Positions 18,923-28,748 are shown, counted from the stretch's first letter. The stretch: DNA of 64,000 nt from an uncultured Collinsella sp. (GCA_958437935.1 CAUBPS010000008.1:24754-88753), one strand, 5' to 3'. Notes: a model not told the origin generated them from the letters alone. Program-made: numbers and translations.

Positions 18923-21700
18923 TTACTTGCGACCGAATTTGATCTTGATGGCACGCTTGAGTGCGTACTTGCCCAGGCTGGGGAGCTTTTGCTCGTATTT
19001 GACCATCGTTGAGCACTCGGGGCGGTCGCGATCCAGATGGATGGCGTCAAACGCGCACTTGGTGGTGCACAGGCCACAGCCGATGCACTTATTGGGGTCG
19101 ACGATCGAGGCGCCGCAGCCCAGGCAGCGGGCGGTCTCGGCGCGCACCTGCTCTTCGGTAAAGGTCTCGACGTACTCGCTAAACGGCGCGGCCTTCTCGC
19201 GCTCGCGGTCCACGTGGGCAACCTCGCGGCTCGCGTTGTCGTAGCTCTCGATCACGACATCGTCGCGGTCGAGCGCGGTGTAGCGGCGCTGGTTGCGGCC
19301 GATGGTGAGCGTGGACCCCGGCTGCACAAAGCGATGGATGGACACGGCGGCCTCGTGGCCGGCGGCGATGGCATCGATGGCAAAACTCGGACCGGTGTAG
19401 ACGTCGCCGCCCACAAAGATGTCTGGCTCGGCGGTCTGGTAGGTCTGAGGATCGGCAAGGGCACCCTGACCGCGGCCAAGCTCCACCTTGGAGCCAGCCA
19501 GCAGGTCGCCCCACACAATGGACTGGCCGATGGACATGACCACGCGGTCGGCATCGACGCGGCGCAGGTCGTTCTCGTCGTACTCGGGCGCAAAACGGCC
19601 CTCGTCGTCAAAGACACGCGTGCAGCGCTTGAAGGTGATGCCGCGCACATGACCGGCCTCGTCCAGGTGAACCTCCTTGGGGCCCCAACCGCAGCTGATG
19701 TGCGCGCCGTCCTCGATGGCCTCGCGACGCTCCTCCTCGCTGGCGGGCATCTGGGCCTCGCTCTCCAGGCAGAACATCTCAACATGCTCAGAGCCCAGAC
19801 GGCAGGCGTTGCGCGCGACATCGATAGCAACGTTGCCGCCGCCCACCACGATGGTGCGGCCGGGCAGCGCGTCAATCTTGCCGCTGTTGACCTCGCGCAA
19901 GAAGTCGACGGCCACGGTCACGTCCTCGGCATCCTCACCCGGAATACCGGCAAGGCGGCCACCTTGGCAGCCAATAGCCACGTAGAAGGCCTTAAAGCCC
20001 TGCGCGCGCAGCTCGTCGAGCGTCACATCGCGGCCGACCTCCACGCCGTAGCGGAACTCGGCGCCCATCAGGCGGATGACCTCGACCTCGGCCTCGATAA
20101 CATCCTTCTGCAGCTTAAAGCTGGGAATGCCGTAGGTGAGCATGCCGCCCGGGCGCTCGTTCTTCTCGAACACGACGGGCTTGTAGCCCTTCTCGGCCAG
20201 GTAGAAAGCGCAGGACAGACCGGCCGGGCCGGCGCCGATGATGGCGATCTTCTGGTCGAAGCCGCCGGCGCGCGTCGGCGTCACCACAGGCGGGACATAG
20301 CGGGTCGTGGCGTCCAGATCGCGCTGGGCGATGAACTTCTTGACCTCGTCGATGGCCACGGCGGCGTCCACGCGACCGCGGGTGCAGGCGTCCTCACAGC
20401 GGCGGTTGCACACGCGACCGCAGATAGCAGGCAGCGGGTTCTCGCGCTTGATGAGCGCCAGCGCCTCGTCATAGCGGCCCTGGGCCGCGAGCTTCAAATA
20501 GCCCTGAACGGCGACATGCGCGGGGCAGGCCGTCTTGCAGGGCGCCGTGCCGGACTCGTGCGTCTCAATACGGTTGTCGTTGCGGTAGTTGGGTGACCAC
20601 TTGGTGTGGTCCCACTTGGTGGCATCGGGCAGCTCCTGGCGCGGATACTCGGGCACCTGTCCGCCGGCCTTTTTGCTGCAGAGCTTCTGGCCCAGCTTGG
20701 CGGCGCCGGCCGGGCACACCTCAACGCAGCGGCCGCACGCCACGCACTTGTCCTTCTCGACCTTGGCGACATAGGCCGAACGCGACAGGTTAGGCGTGTT
20801 GAACAGCTGCGAGGTACGCAGGGCGTAGCACACGTTGACGTTGCAGTTGCAGATGGCGAAGATCTTGTTCTCGCCGTCGATGTTCGTGATCTGGTGCACA
20901 AAGCCGTTGTCCTCGGCCTGGCGCAGGATGTCGTAGACCTCGTCGCGCGTCACGTAATGGCCGCGGTCGGTCTCGACCACGTAGTCGGCCATATCGCCCA
21001 CGGCGATGCACCAATCGGCCGGGTCGTCGGCGCAGCCCTCACCCATCACGCGACGGCTCGCGCGGCAGCTGCAGGTGCTGGCGGCATACTTGCCCTCGTA
21101 TTTGTCGAGCCAATGCTCGATATGCTCAATGGGCACCGAGGTGCTCGTGGCGTCGATGGCTTTCTCGACCGGAATGACGTGCATGCCGATGCCGGCGCCT
21201 CCGGGCGGCACCATCGGCGTGGCCTTGGACAGTGGGCCTTTGGATGCCTGCTCAAAGAACTTGGCATAGACCGGATGTTCCTCGAGCTGACTCACGCGCA
21301 TGTTGAGGAACTCGGCGGAACCCGGCACCAGCATGGGCAGCACCCACTGCTTGGCGCGCTCGGGGTTTTCCCAGTTGTACTCAAGCAGACCCGTGTAGCT
21401 CATGTCGTCGAGCATCTTCTCGATATCGGCTTCGGGCATGCCGGTGAGCTTGACCATCTCGGGCAGCGTATAGGGACGGCGCATCTTCATCTTGCAGAGC
21501 ACTTCGGCCTGCTCGTCGGTTGCGGCCTCGGCAAACGACCAGTACTCGTAGCCCAGCAGCTCGTCGCGATGCAGCAGACGGTTGGTGCAGTGCTCGCACA
21601 GCTTGACGATTGCCTCGCGCGGATGCTCCGGCAGCGGCGGCACGAACTCCGAACCGATGTCGGGCTCGGTGTAGCTAATCCCCGGTCCGTTGAGAATCAT
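18923..21700 (-). CDS. Multi-Fe-S FAD/NAD(P)-dependent oxidoreductase (GltD-like core with ferredoxin domains)
   Basis: CVACGRCVEVCP, APCKTACP, CGRVCNRRCEDAC, GAGPAG, GGGNVA, C-terminal CIGCGLCTTKC; start at ATG 21700. Confidence 0.85.
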   Translation of the reverse strand: MILNGPGISYTEPDIGSEFVPPLPEHPREAIVKLCEHCTNRLLHRDELLGYEYWSFAEAATDEQAEVLCKMKMRRPYTLPEMVKLTGMPEADIEKMLDDMSYTGLLEYNWENPERAKQWVLPMLVPGSAEFLNMRVSQLEEHPVYAKFFEQASKGPLSKATPMVPPGGAGIGMHVIPVEKAIDATSTSVPIEHIEHWLDKYEGKYAASTCSCRASRRVMGEGCADDPADWCIAVGDMADYVVETDRGHYVTRDEVYDILRQAEDNGFVHQITNIDGENKIFAICNCNVNVCYALRTSQLFNTPNLSRSAYVAKVEKDKCVACGRCVEVCPAGAAKLGQKLCSKKAGGQVPEYPRQELPDATKWDHTKWSPNYRNDNRIETHESGTAPCKTACPAHVAVQGYLKLAAQGRYDEALALIKRENPLPAICGRVCNRRCEDACTRGRVDAAVAIDEVKKFIAQRDLDATTRYVPPVVTPTRAGGFDQKIAIIGAGPAGLSCAFYLAEKGYKPVVFEKNERPGGMLTYGIPSFKLQKDVIEAEVEVIRLMGAEFRYGVEVGRDVTLDELRAQGFKAFYVAIGCQGGRLAGIPGEDAEDVTVAVDFLREVNSGKIDALPGRTIVVGGGNVAIDVARNACRLGSEHVEMFCLESEAQMPASEEERREAIEDGAHISCGWGPKEVHLDEAGHVRGITFKRCTRVFDDEGRFAPEYDENDLRRVDADRVVMSIGQSIVWGDLLAGSKVELGRGQGALADPQTYQTAEPDIFVGGDVYTGPSFAIDAIAAGHEAAVSIHRFVQPGSTLTIGRNQRRYTALDRDDVVIESYDNASREVAHVDREREKAAPFSEYVETFTEEQVRAETARCLGCGASIVDPNKCIGCGLCTTKCAFDAIHLDRDRPECSTMVKYEQKLPSLGKYALKRAIKIKFGRK

Positions 21701-21793
21701 GGTTGTCCCTTCTCTTGCCGCAGCCCGGCGAGACCGCGGCGCCCCTCTTTTTTTGCAGGCTGGGCATGCCCCATGCCGTTCACCCGCCATTAG

Positions 21794-21831
21794 TTGACAT
21801 TGTGTCAAAAATAGTATTGACGAACCGTCAA
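21794..21831. promoter_or_regulatory. Two TTGAC-N5-GTCAA palindromes, candidate TetR operators
   Basis: TTGACATTGTGTCAA (21794) and TTGACGAACCGTCAA (21817) in the divergent promoter region. Confidence 0.6.
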
Positions 21832-21889
21832 CAATATTCAAGACTGTTAGGCGAACGGTCAGGCAAAAGAGGATGAAAGGCGGCAGAAC

Positions 21890-22552
21890 ATGGGCAACAC
21901 GTACGCAGATATCCCTGTGGCCGACGCCACTCTTGCGTCCGATAGCGCGGCAAAGCGCCTGACGGGCGACGAACGCCGTCGCGAGATTCTCGATGCCGTG
22001 CGCACCGTAAGCTCCGAGCTGGGCGTGTCGCATCTATCCGTCTCGGCCGTGACCAAGCGAGCCGGCTGCACGCGCTCGCTGTTCTACCACTACTTCGCCG
22101 ATATGGACGCCGCTGTCACCGCCGTCATGGACGAGGCAATCGACGGTTTTATCTCCGAACTCGAGCAGTGGAACGCCGGCCGCACGGTTGGCGACATCGA
22201 AGGCGCACTCGACACCGTCGCCCCGCTCTTTAAGCGCCTGGTCGCCAGCGGCCACGAGCTGCCGAGTACGCTCACCTCAAGCAGTGGCGCGCTCTACGGC
22301 GGCTTTTTACACAACGTGGTCCAGCGTGTGGCGCAGTATATCTGCGACACCACCGTGGTGGATTTTGTCGCCCATCATGAGCTACGCATCGACCATGTCT
22401 ACGAGACGTTCTACACCCTCATCATGGGGTTGTTGATGTATATCCGCACGCACCCCGATGTGCCCGACGAGACGGTCAAGGAAATCATCGCCTCGACACT
22501 CCACATCGAGGGCTATACCGCCAAGTATCCGGAGCGCAAGCCCCAGGACTGA
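21890..22552 (+). CDS. TetR/AcrR family regulator
   Basis: HTH VSAVTKRAGCTRSLFYHYF. Confidence 0.9.
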   Translation: MGNTYADIPVADATLASDSAAKRLTGDERRREILDAVRTVSSELGVSHLSVSAVTKRAGCTRSLFYHYFADMDAAVTAVMDEAIDGFISELEQWNAGRTVGDIEGALDTVAPLFKRLVASGHELPSTLTSSSGALYGGFLHNVVQRVAQYICDTTVVDFVAHHELRIDHVYETFYTLIMGLLMYIRTHPDVPDETVKEIIASTLHIEGYTAKYPERKPQD

Positions 22553-22615
22553 CGACATTTGGCCAAACTGCCCGCGATCAGAAGAGGGGCCGCGGGCGTG
22601 TGAAAGGAGAGCAGC

Positions 22616-23623
22616 ATGCTGTTCGATGTTTGGGGTAGCGATACCCTTATCCACTGGGCCGGCTGGGCCATGGTCTTTATTGGCCTGATCGTGCTCAACG
22701 AGGTCGGCCGCCGCACCAAGCTGGGCGCGGCCATCATCTTTGGCGTGGCTCCGCTGGCCATGACCATCTACTGCGTCGCCATCGCCGTCGGCGTTTCGCA
22801 GGGTGCCGAGTGGGCGCTCACCAACCCCACCCATGTGTACCAGAACAGCTGGTTCCACTACGCCAAGGTATACGCGGCGCTGGCCGGTTGCTGGGGCTTC
22901 ATCGCCATTAAGTATCAGTGGGGTAAGATCGGCAAGGCGCACTGGTTCCGCGCGTGGCCGTTTGTGATCGTCGCCATCAACATCATGATCGCCGTCGTGT
23001 CCGACTTTGAGAGCGCCTATCACTTCTTCGTCCTGGGCCAGTCCACTTGGGTCACCTCCGAGGGCGCCACGCAACTCGCCGGTTGGAATAACGTGTTCAA
23101 CGGTATCGCCGGTATCATCAACATCTTCTGCATGACCGGTTGGTGGAGCGTATACGCCTCCGAGGACAAGACCGACATGCTGTGGCCCGACATGACATGG
23201 GTCTACATCATCGCCTACGACATCTGGAACTTCTGCTACACCTACAACTGCCTGCCCACCCACTCCTGGTTCTGCGGCTTTGCGCTGCTGCTGGCGCCCA
23301 CCGTCGCCGCCTTTATCTGGAACAAGGGCGGCTGGATCCAGAACCGCGCCTTTACGCTGGCCATTTGGTGCATGTTTGCCCAGGTGTTCCCGTACTTCCA
23401 GGAGGAGTCTATCTTTGTGACCCACTCCACGCTCGACCCCGCCGCTGCCACCGCGGTCTCCATCGCCGCGCTGGTCGCCAACATCGCCGCGATCATCTAC
23501 GTCGCCTACCGTGCCAAGAAGCTCGGCCGCAATCCCTACAAGCAGGATGTCTTTGAGGGCACCAGCGATTGGGAGAAGGCTACCGCTCGCCGCGCCAAGG
23601 TGGATTACGCACACGCCGAATAA
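22616..23623 (+). CDS. DUF5692-like polytopic membrane protein
   Basis: SWFHYAK, INIMIAV, DMLWPDMTW, YDIWNF, WIQNRA patterns; AAGGAG RBS. Confidence 0.7.
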   Translation: MLFDVWGSDTLIHWAGWAMVFIGLIVLNEVGRRTKLGAAIIFGVAPLAMTIYCVAIAVGVSQGAEWALTNPTHVYQNSWFHYAKVYAALAGCWGFIAIKYQWGKIGKAHWFRAWPFVIVAINIMIAVVSDFESAYHFFVLGQSTWVTSEGATQLAGWNNVFNGIAGIINIFCMTGWWSVYASEDKTDMLWPDMTWVYIIAYDIWNFCYTYNCLPTHSWFCGFALLLAPTVAAFIWNKGGWIQNRAFTLAIWCMFAQVFPYFQEESIFVTHSTLDPAAATAVSIAALVANIAAIIYVAYRAKKLGRNPYKQDVFEGTSDWEKATARRAKVDYAHAE

Positions 23624-23691
23624 CATATTTATCCCGTCCACATTTGGATGTAGGCAAACTTAGCCGATGCCGCAATCGCGCGTCATGCGCA

Positions 23692-23730
23692 GCCCCGGAA
23701 AGCGATTCGCCCGCTTTCCGGGGCTTTTTG
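23692..23730 (+). terminator. Intrinsic terminator
   Basis: GCCCCGGAAAGCG/CGCTTTCCGGGGC stem followed by T5. Confidence 0.75.
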
Positions 23731-23877
23731 TTGTTGCGCGCATTCCCGCGCATATTCCATTCGCGCACACATTCAAAACCTCTCGCACAGATAAAATCAG
23801 ATTTCCAACCGCCTGACAGCCCTATGTGACCCCAATTTTGGGTACATTGTTGTCCCGATATTGAGCTTGGGGGATAT

Positions 23878-25380
23878 ATGAAAGATGAGACGATGGACCA
23901 AGAGGATGCGGCCCAAGATGCAGAAGCATGCGCCGAGGCCCTGGAGAGCCTAGACCAGATCGCGCTGGCCGAGATTGCGTTTGACGATTCGAGCGTTGAT
24001 GTGCAGGATGAGCCGGAAATCGAGGCGCAGCCCGATGATCAGGATGCAAAAGACGATGGCGCCGCGCCCACCGAAGACGAGGCGAGGCACGAGGAATCCG
24101 AATGCGAGGCCGACGACCAGCCCAAATCCGACACGAGCGAGGAAACCATCTTGCTCGACAGCTTGCCGGCCGAAGATTCGCTGACCCGCGAGCTCCCTGG
24201 CTTAGGCTCCGCGCCTGCCGTGGACGAGACCATCGCCATGGGCGATATTCCCCTGCCGTCCGTTCCCTCGGCGCGCGAGGCCGAGGTTCGTCATCGCAAG
24301 ATGTCGCCCAAGCGCCGCAATCTGATGGTCGCTGGCGTTGTGGCCGTCGCGCTCGTCGCCGGCGGCGCAGGCTATGCTGCCTGGAACGGATACCGGCAAG
24401 AGCAGGCTGCCATCGCCGCCGCCAATGCCCACACGATGATGTCAGTGCAGATTGGCATGCATGCCGCGGGCCTCGACTGTTCCACCGGCTCCAAGATTCC
24501 CGTACAGGTGAGCGGTCAGGACGCTGATGGCTCCTCCGTGAGCGAAACGCTCTATGTTGACGAGCACGGCCGCGGCATCAAACTGCTGCCCGGCGATTAC
24601 ACGCTCTCCATTGCCGCCTCCCCCATCGCGTCCGACGGCACCGTCTATACCGTGCCGACCACCAAGGCGCAGGTCACGATCAAGAGCGACGGACAGGACC
24701 TAAGCAGCCAGGCCGCCTTTAGGCTCAAGGTGCCTTCGGCCGACACGGTGACTGACGACCAGATCGATGCCGCCGCCAAGTATGCCGAGGAGGGAGGCAC
24801 GAGCTCCGCCGCGGCTGCCAAAGTGCTCCAGCAGGCGGCAACCGCACGGCGCGACGCCGCCGTCAATGCCGTGAGCGCGCAAAAGGCACAGGCAGCCCGC
24901 GATGCTGACGCTCGCCACAAGGCAACCGATCTCTACCAGCTCGATATCCCCGTCGAGTGGTACGGCAAGGTCGAGACTTGGCAAAATGGCAGCACGCTAT
25001 GCATCTATCTTGCCGGCGACAGCGATACGCCGATTGTGACGCTCGTCGCGGTGCGCGAGGGCGAGAGCTTTACGCCCGATGAGGGCGATACGGTTTTGGG
25101 TGCGGCCAATCTAGGCAACGGTTATACCGTCTACGCCAGCGGCCCCGTCTATCCGTACGTGGTGCCCCAGACCATCAACGGACGGACGCAGAATCCCGTG
25201 TCAACCTACCCCATGGACACGGCCATTGAGCTTGTCGAGCTCACGACCGGTAACCGCTACACCTATAGCCAGATCAAGAACGTACTGGTCGGCAAAGACG
25301 GCAAGGCAGACGCCGCGACCAAACTTGAGACCGACTACCTCGCGCAGATCCTGCTGCCGAGCATCAAGACCCAGGACTAG
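23878..25380 (+). CDS. Hypothetical single-pass membrane protein
   Basis: Acidic N-terminal region, basic patch plus TM, beta-rich external part. Confidence 0.7.
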   Translation: MKDETMDQEDAAQDAEACAEALESLDQIALAEIAFDDSSVDVQDEPEIEAQPDDQDAKDDGAAPTEDEARHEESECEADDQPKSDTSEETILLDSLPAEDSLTRELPGLGSAPAVDETIAMGDIPLPSVPSAREAEVRHRKMSPKRRNLMVAGVVAVALVAGGAGYAAWNGYRQEQAAIAAANAHTMMSVQIGMHAAGLDCSTGSKIPVQVSGQDADGSSVSETLYVDEHGRGIKLLPGDYTLSIAASPIASDGTVYTVPTTKAQVTIKSDGQDLSSQAAFRLKVPSADTVTDDQIDAAAKYAEEGGTSSAAAAKVLQQAATARRDAAVNAVSAQKAQAARDADARHKATDLYQLDIPVEWYGKVETWQNGSTLCIYLAGDSDTPIVTLVAVREGESFTPDEGDTVLGAANLGNGYTVYASGPVYPYVVPQTINGRTQNPVSTYPMDTAIELVELTTGNRYTYSQIKNVLVGKDGKADAATKLETDYLAQILLPSIKTQD

Positions 25381-25453
25381 CCGGGCGCAGCAAGGTGCTC
25401 CCCAACCGTGATGAAGGAGCCAGGAGGTCCTGACCCCACAGGTCCATAGATGA

Positions 25454-26806
25454 TTAGGCAAGGAGCCACTTCCATGCGGGCACAACGTGTACCACACCAT
25501 GCTCGCATGGAATATCGGTCTGTTCATCCATGGTAACGATTGCCGACTCGCCAAGATCGAACTGGGCCATCGAGACATCAAGCGCGGCAATTTCGCGCTC
25601 GCGCGTTTTCTCACTTGCCATATCTACACTCACCTGAATCAGGCTATAAGCCCGCATGAGAAGCGCGTCCCCAGCCACAAAGTCCACCTCATGGCTTTTG
25701 CTCTTCTCTTTGATCAGCAGGCGGCAGACCGAGCCGGTCCTCACCGCGGGAGTCCTTCTTCTTAGCGCATTGAACACTGCGGTCTCGAGCCTCTGGCCCT
25801 GGTCCAATGCCGATGCGGGAGAGAATGCTCCAAACATCGCAGGGTCGACAGCGTAGACCTTAGACGCAGACCGCATGTTATTTGCCAGTGAACGCGTGAA
25901 CTCCGGCACAGAAAATAACAGGTAGGCGTCCTCATAATACTCAAGTAAATCGCTGAGCGAATTACGACTGACGGGTATCTGTCTGCTCTTGAACTCGTTG
26001 TACACTTTGTTCACTGACAGCTCTCGTCCCGAAGATGCCATACACCGCGTCAAGAACAGCGATGCCAGGCGAGGGTTCTTGACGTCGTAACGTTCAACGA
26101 CGTCCATGGCGACCGTTCGCGAAGCATATTCCTGTAGTAGCTGAATCGCGTCTGCAGGCGCCTGCTCAAGTGTCGCGATGAATCCCCCTCGTTCAAGATA
26201 CCCGATCAGATGATGTCGAAGCAGCGCTGCATCGCTCGGGGAAAAGGTCGCATCTGGCTCGGGAACGCTCCCCGTCTTATATCGAACGTATTCCGAAAAA
26301 CTCAACGGAAAAAGCTCTCGCACAAGAGAACGACCCCTGAACTCGCTCTTAAGTTCTGAGGACAGCATCTTAGAAGAAGATCCCGTCACATAGACGGTCG
26401 CTTTCTCCGTATCGACTACACGCCGCAGAAACGCACCCCATTCGGGAATTTCTTGGATCTCGTCAAAGAAAATGTAAGCGCCCTCGGTTCGAGCAGCAGG
26501 ATACAGCGCATAGAACGTGTCGAGCACGTCCGCCAGCAGCGATGGCTCATACGGGCGCAAGCGCTCATCCTCAAAATTGAAGTAAAGCATCCGGTCAAGC
26601 TCGACGCCCCGGCTCTGAAGCCGCCGCATCTCCTGATACAGGCGATACGTCTTTCCACAACGGCGGGCCCCCACAATCACATATACGATGTTGTCGCGCT
26701 TTGGCTCCTGTGGGTTTCCTAGATCAAGGTCTCGCTCAAAGACCTGCGGAACCCCCTGCTGTTCAAAGTCCTTTATTTTCTGGGCGATCAAGTCGTTGAA
26801 TGCCAT
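25454..26806 (-). CDS. AAA+ ATPase (AAA_14 + DUF4143 family)
   Basis: GARRCGKT, FFDEIQ, VTGSSS, PLSFSEY, KVYAVD, EVDFV. Confidence 0.85.
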   Translation of the reverse strand: MAFNDLIAQKIKDFEQQGVPQVFERDLDLGNPQEPKRDNIVYVIVGARRCGKTYRLYQEMRRLQSRGVELDRMLYFNFEDERLRPYEPSLLADVLDTFYALYPAARTEGAYIFFDEIQEIPEWGAFLRRVVDTEKATVYVTGSSSKMLSSELKSEFRGRSLVRELFPLSFSEYVRYKTGSVPEPDATFSPSDAALLRHHLIGYLERGGFIATLEQAPADAIQLLQEYASRTVAMDVVERYDVKNPRLASLFLTRCMASSGRELSVNKVYNEFKSRQIPVSRNSLSDLLEYYEDAYLLFSVPEFTRSLANNMRSASKVYAVDPAMFGAFSPASALDQGQRLETAVFNALRRRTPAVRTGSVCRLLIKEKSKSHEVDFVAGDALLMRAYSLIQVSVDMASEKTREREIAALDVSMAQFDLGESAIVTMDEQTDIPCEHGVVHVVPAWKWLLA

Positions 26807-27039
26807 GATTCTCCAATCTTGCTCTCTAGCTAATCAAAATTATAACGATTCTTGATTAGCAGGAGAGCAAGATTATGCGTAACTTGATTAATGGATAAGC
26901 AAGTTTTCTATTAGTGGCCCCTCCCGGAGGATATCGAGCGGCCGAGGGGGGGCAGGCATGGACGCCTCTAGCCGAAAACAAAGTAGCTAAAAAAGCCCCA
27001 TTACAGTTTGAGTCGTCCGAAAGGGCGGCTCTTTTCCGT

Positions 27040-27245
27040 TGCATGGCTATACGATTGAGCCGTACCGGTGGTCGCTGGCCGACCGCCCCGGACGGCCGTC
27101 AGCCCCTGCCCCGTAGAGGGCCCGGGACGTGTTGCCGCCGGGGCGGGAGGTGCCGCGGGGAACGACTGAATAGAGATGTGCCGGGCCCGGACCGGGCCAC
27201 GGCCGGGTAATGTGGGTGTTCGCCTCCGCGGCTTACGGCCGGCTC
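27040..27245 (+). ncRNA. Predicted IS110 bridge RNA (ends approximate)
   Basis: Two stem-loops whose internal loops match target (27101-27106, 27124-27131) and donor (27170-27176, 27207-27213) junction sequences. Confidence 0.65.
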
Positions 27246-27262
27246 AAGGGAGAGGATACACC

Positions 27263-28429
27263 ATGCCTGCTGAAGAGATGTCCGTGGCCTACCTTGGGAT
27301 CGACGTCGGGAAGAGCTCGCACAGCGCGTGCGCGCTCGATGCGGGCGGGGGCGTCGCCTTCAGGGCCGAGCTGGCCAACAGGCCCGACGACATCGACCGG
27401 CTGCTCGAGCGTGCCGGCTCCGGCGCGCTGGTCGTCGTCGACCAGAAGCGAAACATCGGCGCGCTGGTCCTCGCGCGCGCCCATGTGCACGGGAACCCCT
27501 GCGCCTACCTGCCCGGATATGCCGAGAAGCAGGCCCGCGGGATGTTCCCCGGCATCGCTAAGACCGACGCCATCGACGCCGAGGTAATCGCGCGCACCGC
27601 GCTCGGCGTGCCCCGCGCCCTCAGGCCGGCGCCCGAGGAGCCCGAGGGGACCGCCTCGCTGCGGATCCTGTCGTCGCAGCGCGAGTTCGCGTCGTCCGCC
27701 AGGACCCGCGCGAAGAACAGGCTCCGCGCGACCCTGCTCGAGGCCGATCCCGCGCTCGAGGGCGCGGTCGACCCGTCTAGCCGATGGCAGGTGTCGATGC
27801 TGGCCAAGTTCGGCGGGGCCGCCGGGTGCTCCGCCGCCGGCTGGCGCAGGTTCTCGAGCGCCGCCAGGCGCGCGGGCGCCCCCGCGGCGGGGGCCAGGAG
27901 GCTCTGGGAGGCGCTGCTGGCCTCGTCGCGCTCGGGAAGGCGCCTGCCGGCCGGCGAGGACGTCGCGGTCCGGATACTCGCCCGGGAGATAGCCTCCCTC
28001 GACGCCGACATCGAGGAGCTCGACTCGCTCGTGGCCGACTCGCTGGCGGGCGACGAGGTCTACGAGTGCCTCCTCACGGTGCCCGGGATCGGCCCCAAGA
28101 CCGCCGCGGCGCTGGTGACGTCGATCGACATATCCGCGTTCAGGGGACACGACGAGCTCGCGAGCTACTGCGGCGTGGCGCCGCGCGACAGGCGCTCCGG
28201 GAGCAGCATCAGGTCGACGTCGCCGCAGCACGGCGGGAACAGGCAGCTCAAGAACCCGCTCATATTCAGCTGCAACTCCCTCATCGGCACGGACAACAGG
28301 TTCGGGAGGTACTACGAGGAGTGCAGGGCGAGGGGGATGAGGCACAGCAAGGCGCTGAAGGCGGTCGCGAGGAAGAGGCTCAAGGTCATCTACGCGATCA
28401 TGCGCGACGCCGTCCCGTACGCGGCCTAG
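27263..28429 (+). CDS. IS110 family transposase/recombinase
   Basis: LGIDVGK, VVVDQ, KTDAIDA (DEDD RuvC-like); TVPGIG, YCGVAP, RRSGSS; GAGAGG RBS. Confidence 0.93.
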   Translation: MPAEEMSVAYLGIDVGKSSHSACALDAGGGVAFRAELANRPDDIDRLLERAGSGALVVVDQKRNIGALVLARAHVHGNPCAYLPGYAEKQARGMFPGIAKTDAIDAEVIARTALGVPRALRPAPEEPEGTASLRILSSQREFASSARTRAKNRLRATLLEADPALEGAVDPSSRWQVSMLAKFGGAAGCSAAGWRRFSSAARRAGAPAAGARRLWEALLASSRSGRRLPAGEDVAVRILAREIASLDADIEELDSLVADSLAGDEVYECLLTVPGIGPKTAAALVTSIDISAFRGHDELASYCGVAPRDRRSGSSIRSTSPQHGGNRQLKNPLIFSCNSLIGTDNRFGRYYEECRARGMRHSKALKAVARKRLKVIYAIMRDAVPYAA

Positions 28430-28547
28430 CGGGCGGCGAGGTCAACCGAAGAGGAGGCGGGGGCGCAAGGCGCCCGGATGCGTCGTGCCGAAATGTCGCG
28501 AAGCGCGCGGTTGACAAAACTATAGAGACACGTCCCAAATGAGCTAC

Positions 28548-28748
28548 TTAACGCCAGGGGTCAGCTTCGAAGAGGGGCTCGCGCTCGGGGCGGCGATCGC
28601 TGTAGGGATCGTAGCCGTCGTCGTCCTCGTTCTCGGCACGGATGTAGGGGTCGCGCGGCTTGGGTGCCGGCTTGGGTGCAGGCCTGGGTGCGGCCGGCGC
28701 GGCGTTGGCGACCGGCGCATTCGTCTTGTTCTTGTCTATCATCTGCAT
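28548..28748 (-). CDS. Small 66-aa Pro-rich/acidic hypothetical protein
   Basis: AAGGAG RBS before ATG 28748; DPYIRAENEDDDGYDPYSD motif. Confidence 0.55.
   Translation of the reverse strand: MQMIDKNKTNAPVANAAPAAPRPAPKPAPKPRDPYIRAENEDDDGYDPYSDRRPEREPLFEADPWR

Larger units (their letters stand above)
26999..28530 (+). mobile_element. IS110-family insertion sequence with CA core at both junctions
   Basis: Junctions AGCCC-CA-TTACAG (26994-27006) and TATAGAGA-CA-CGTCCC (28521-28536); no TIRs; TTGACA near the right end; visibly higher GC. Confidence 0.8.

Noticed and set aside
26994..28527. Alternative IS110 boundary with an AG core giving a 17-nt promoter spacer
   Set aside because: The CA core explains all four guide matches, the AG core does not; not fully excluded without empty alleles
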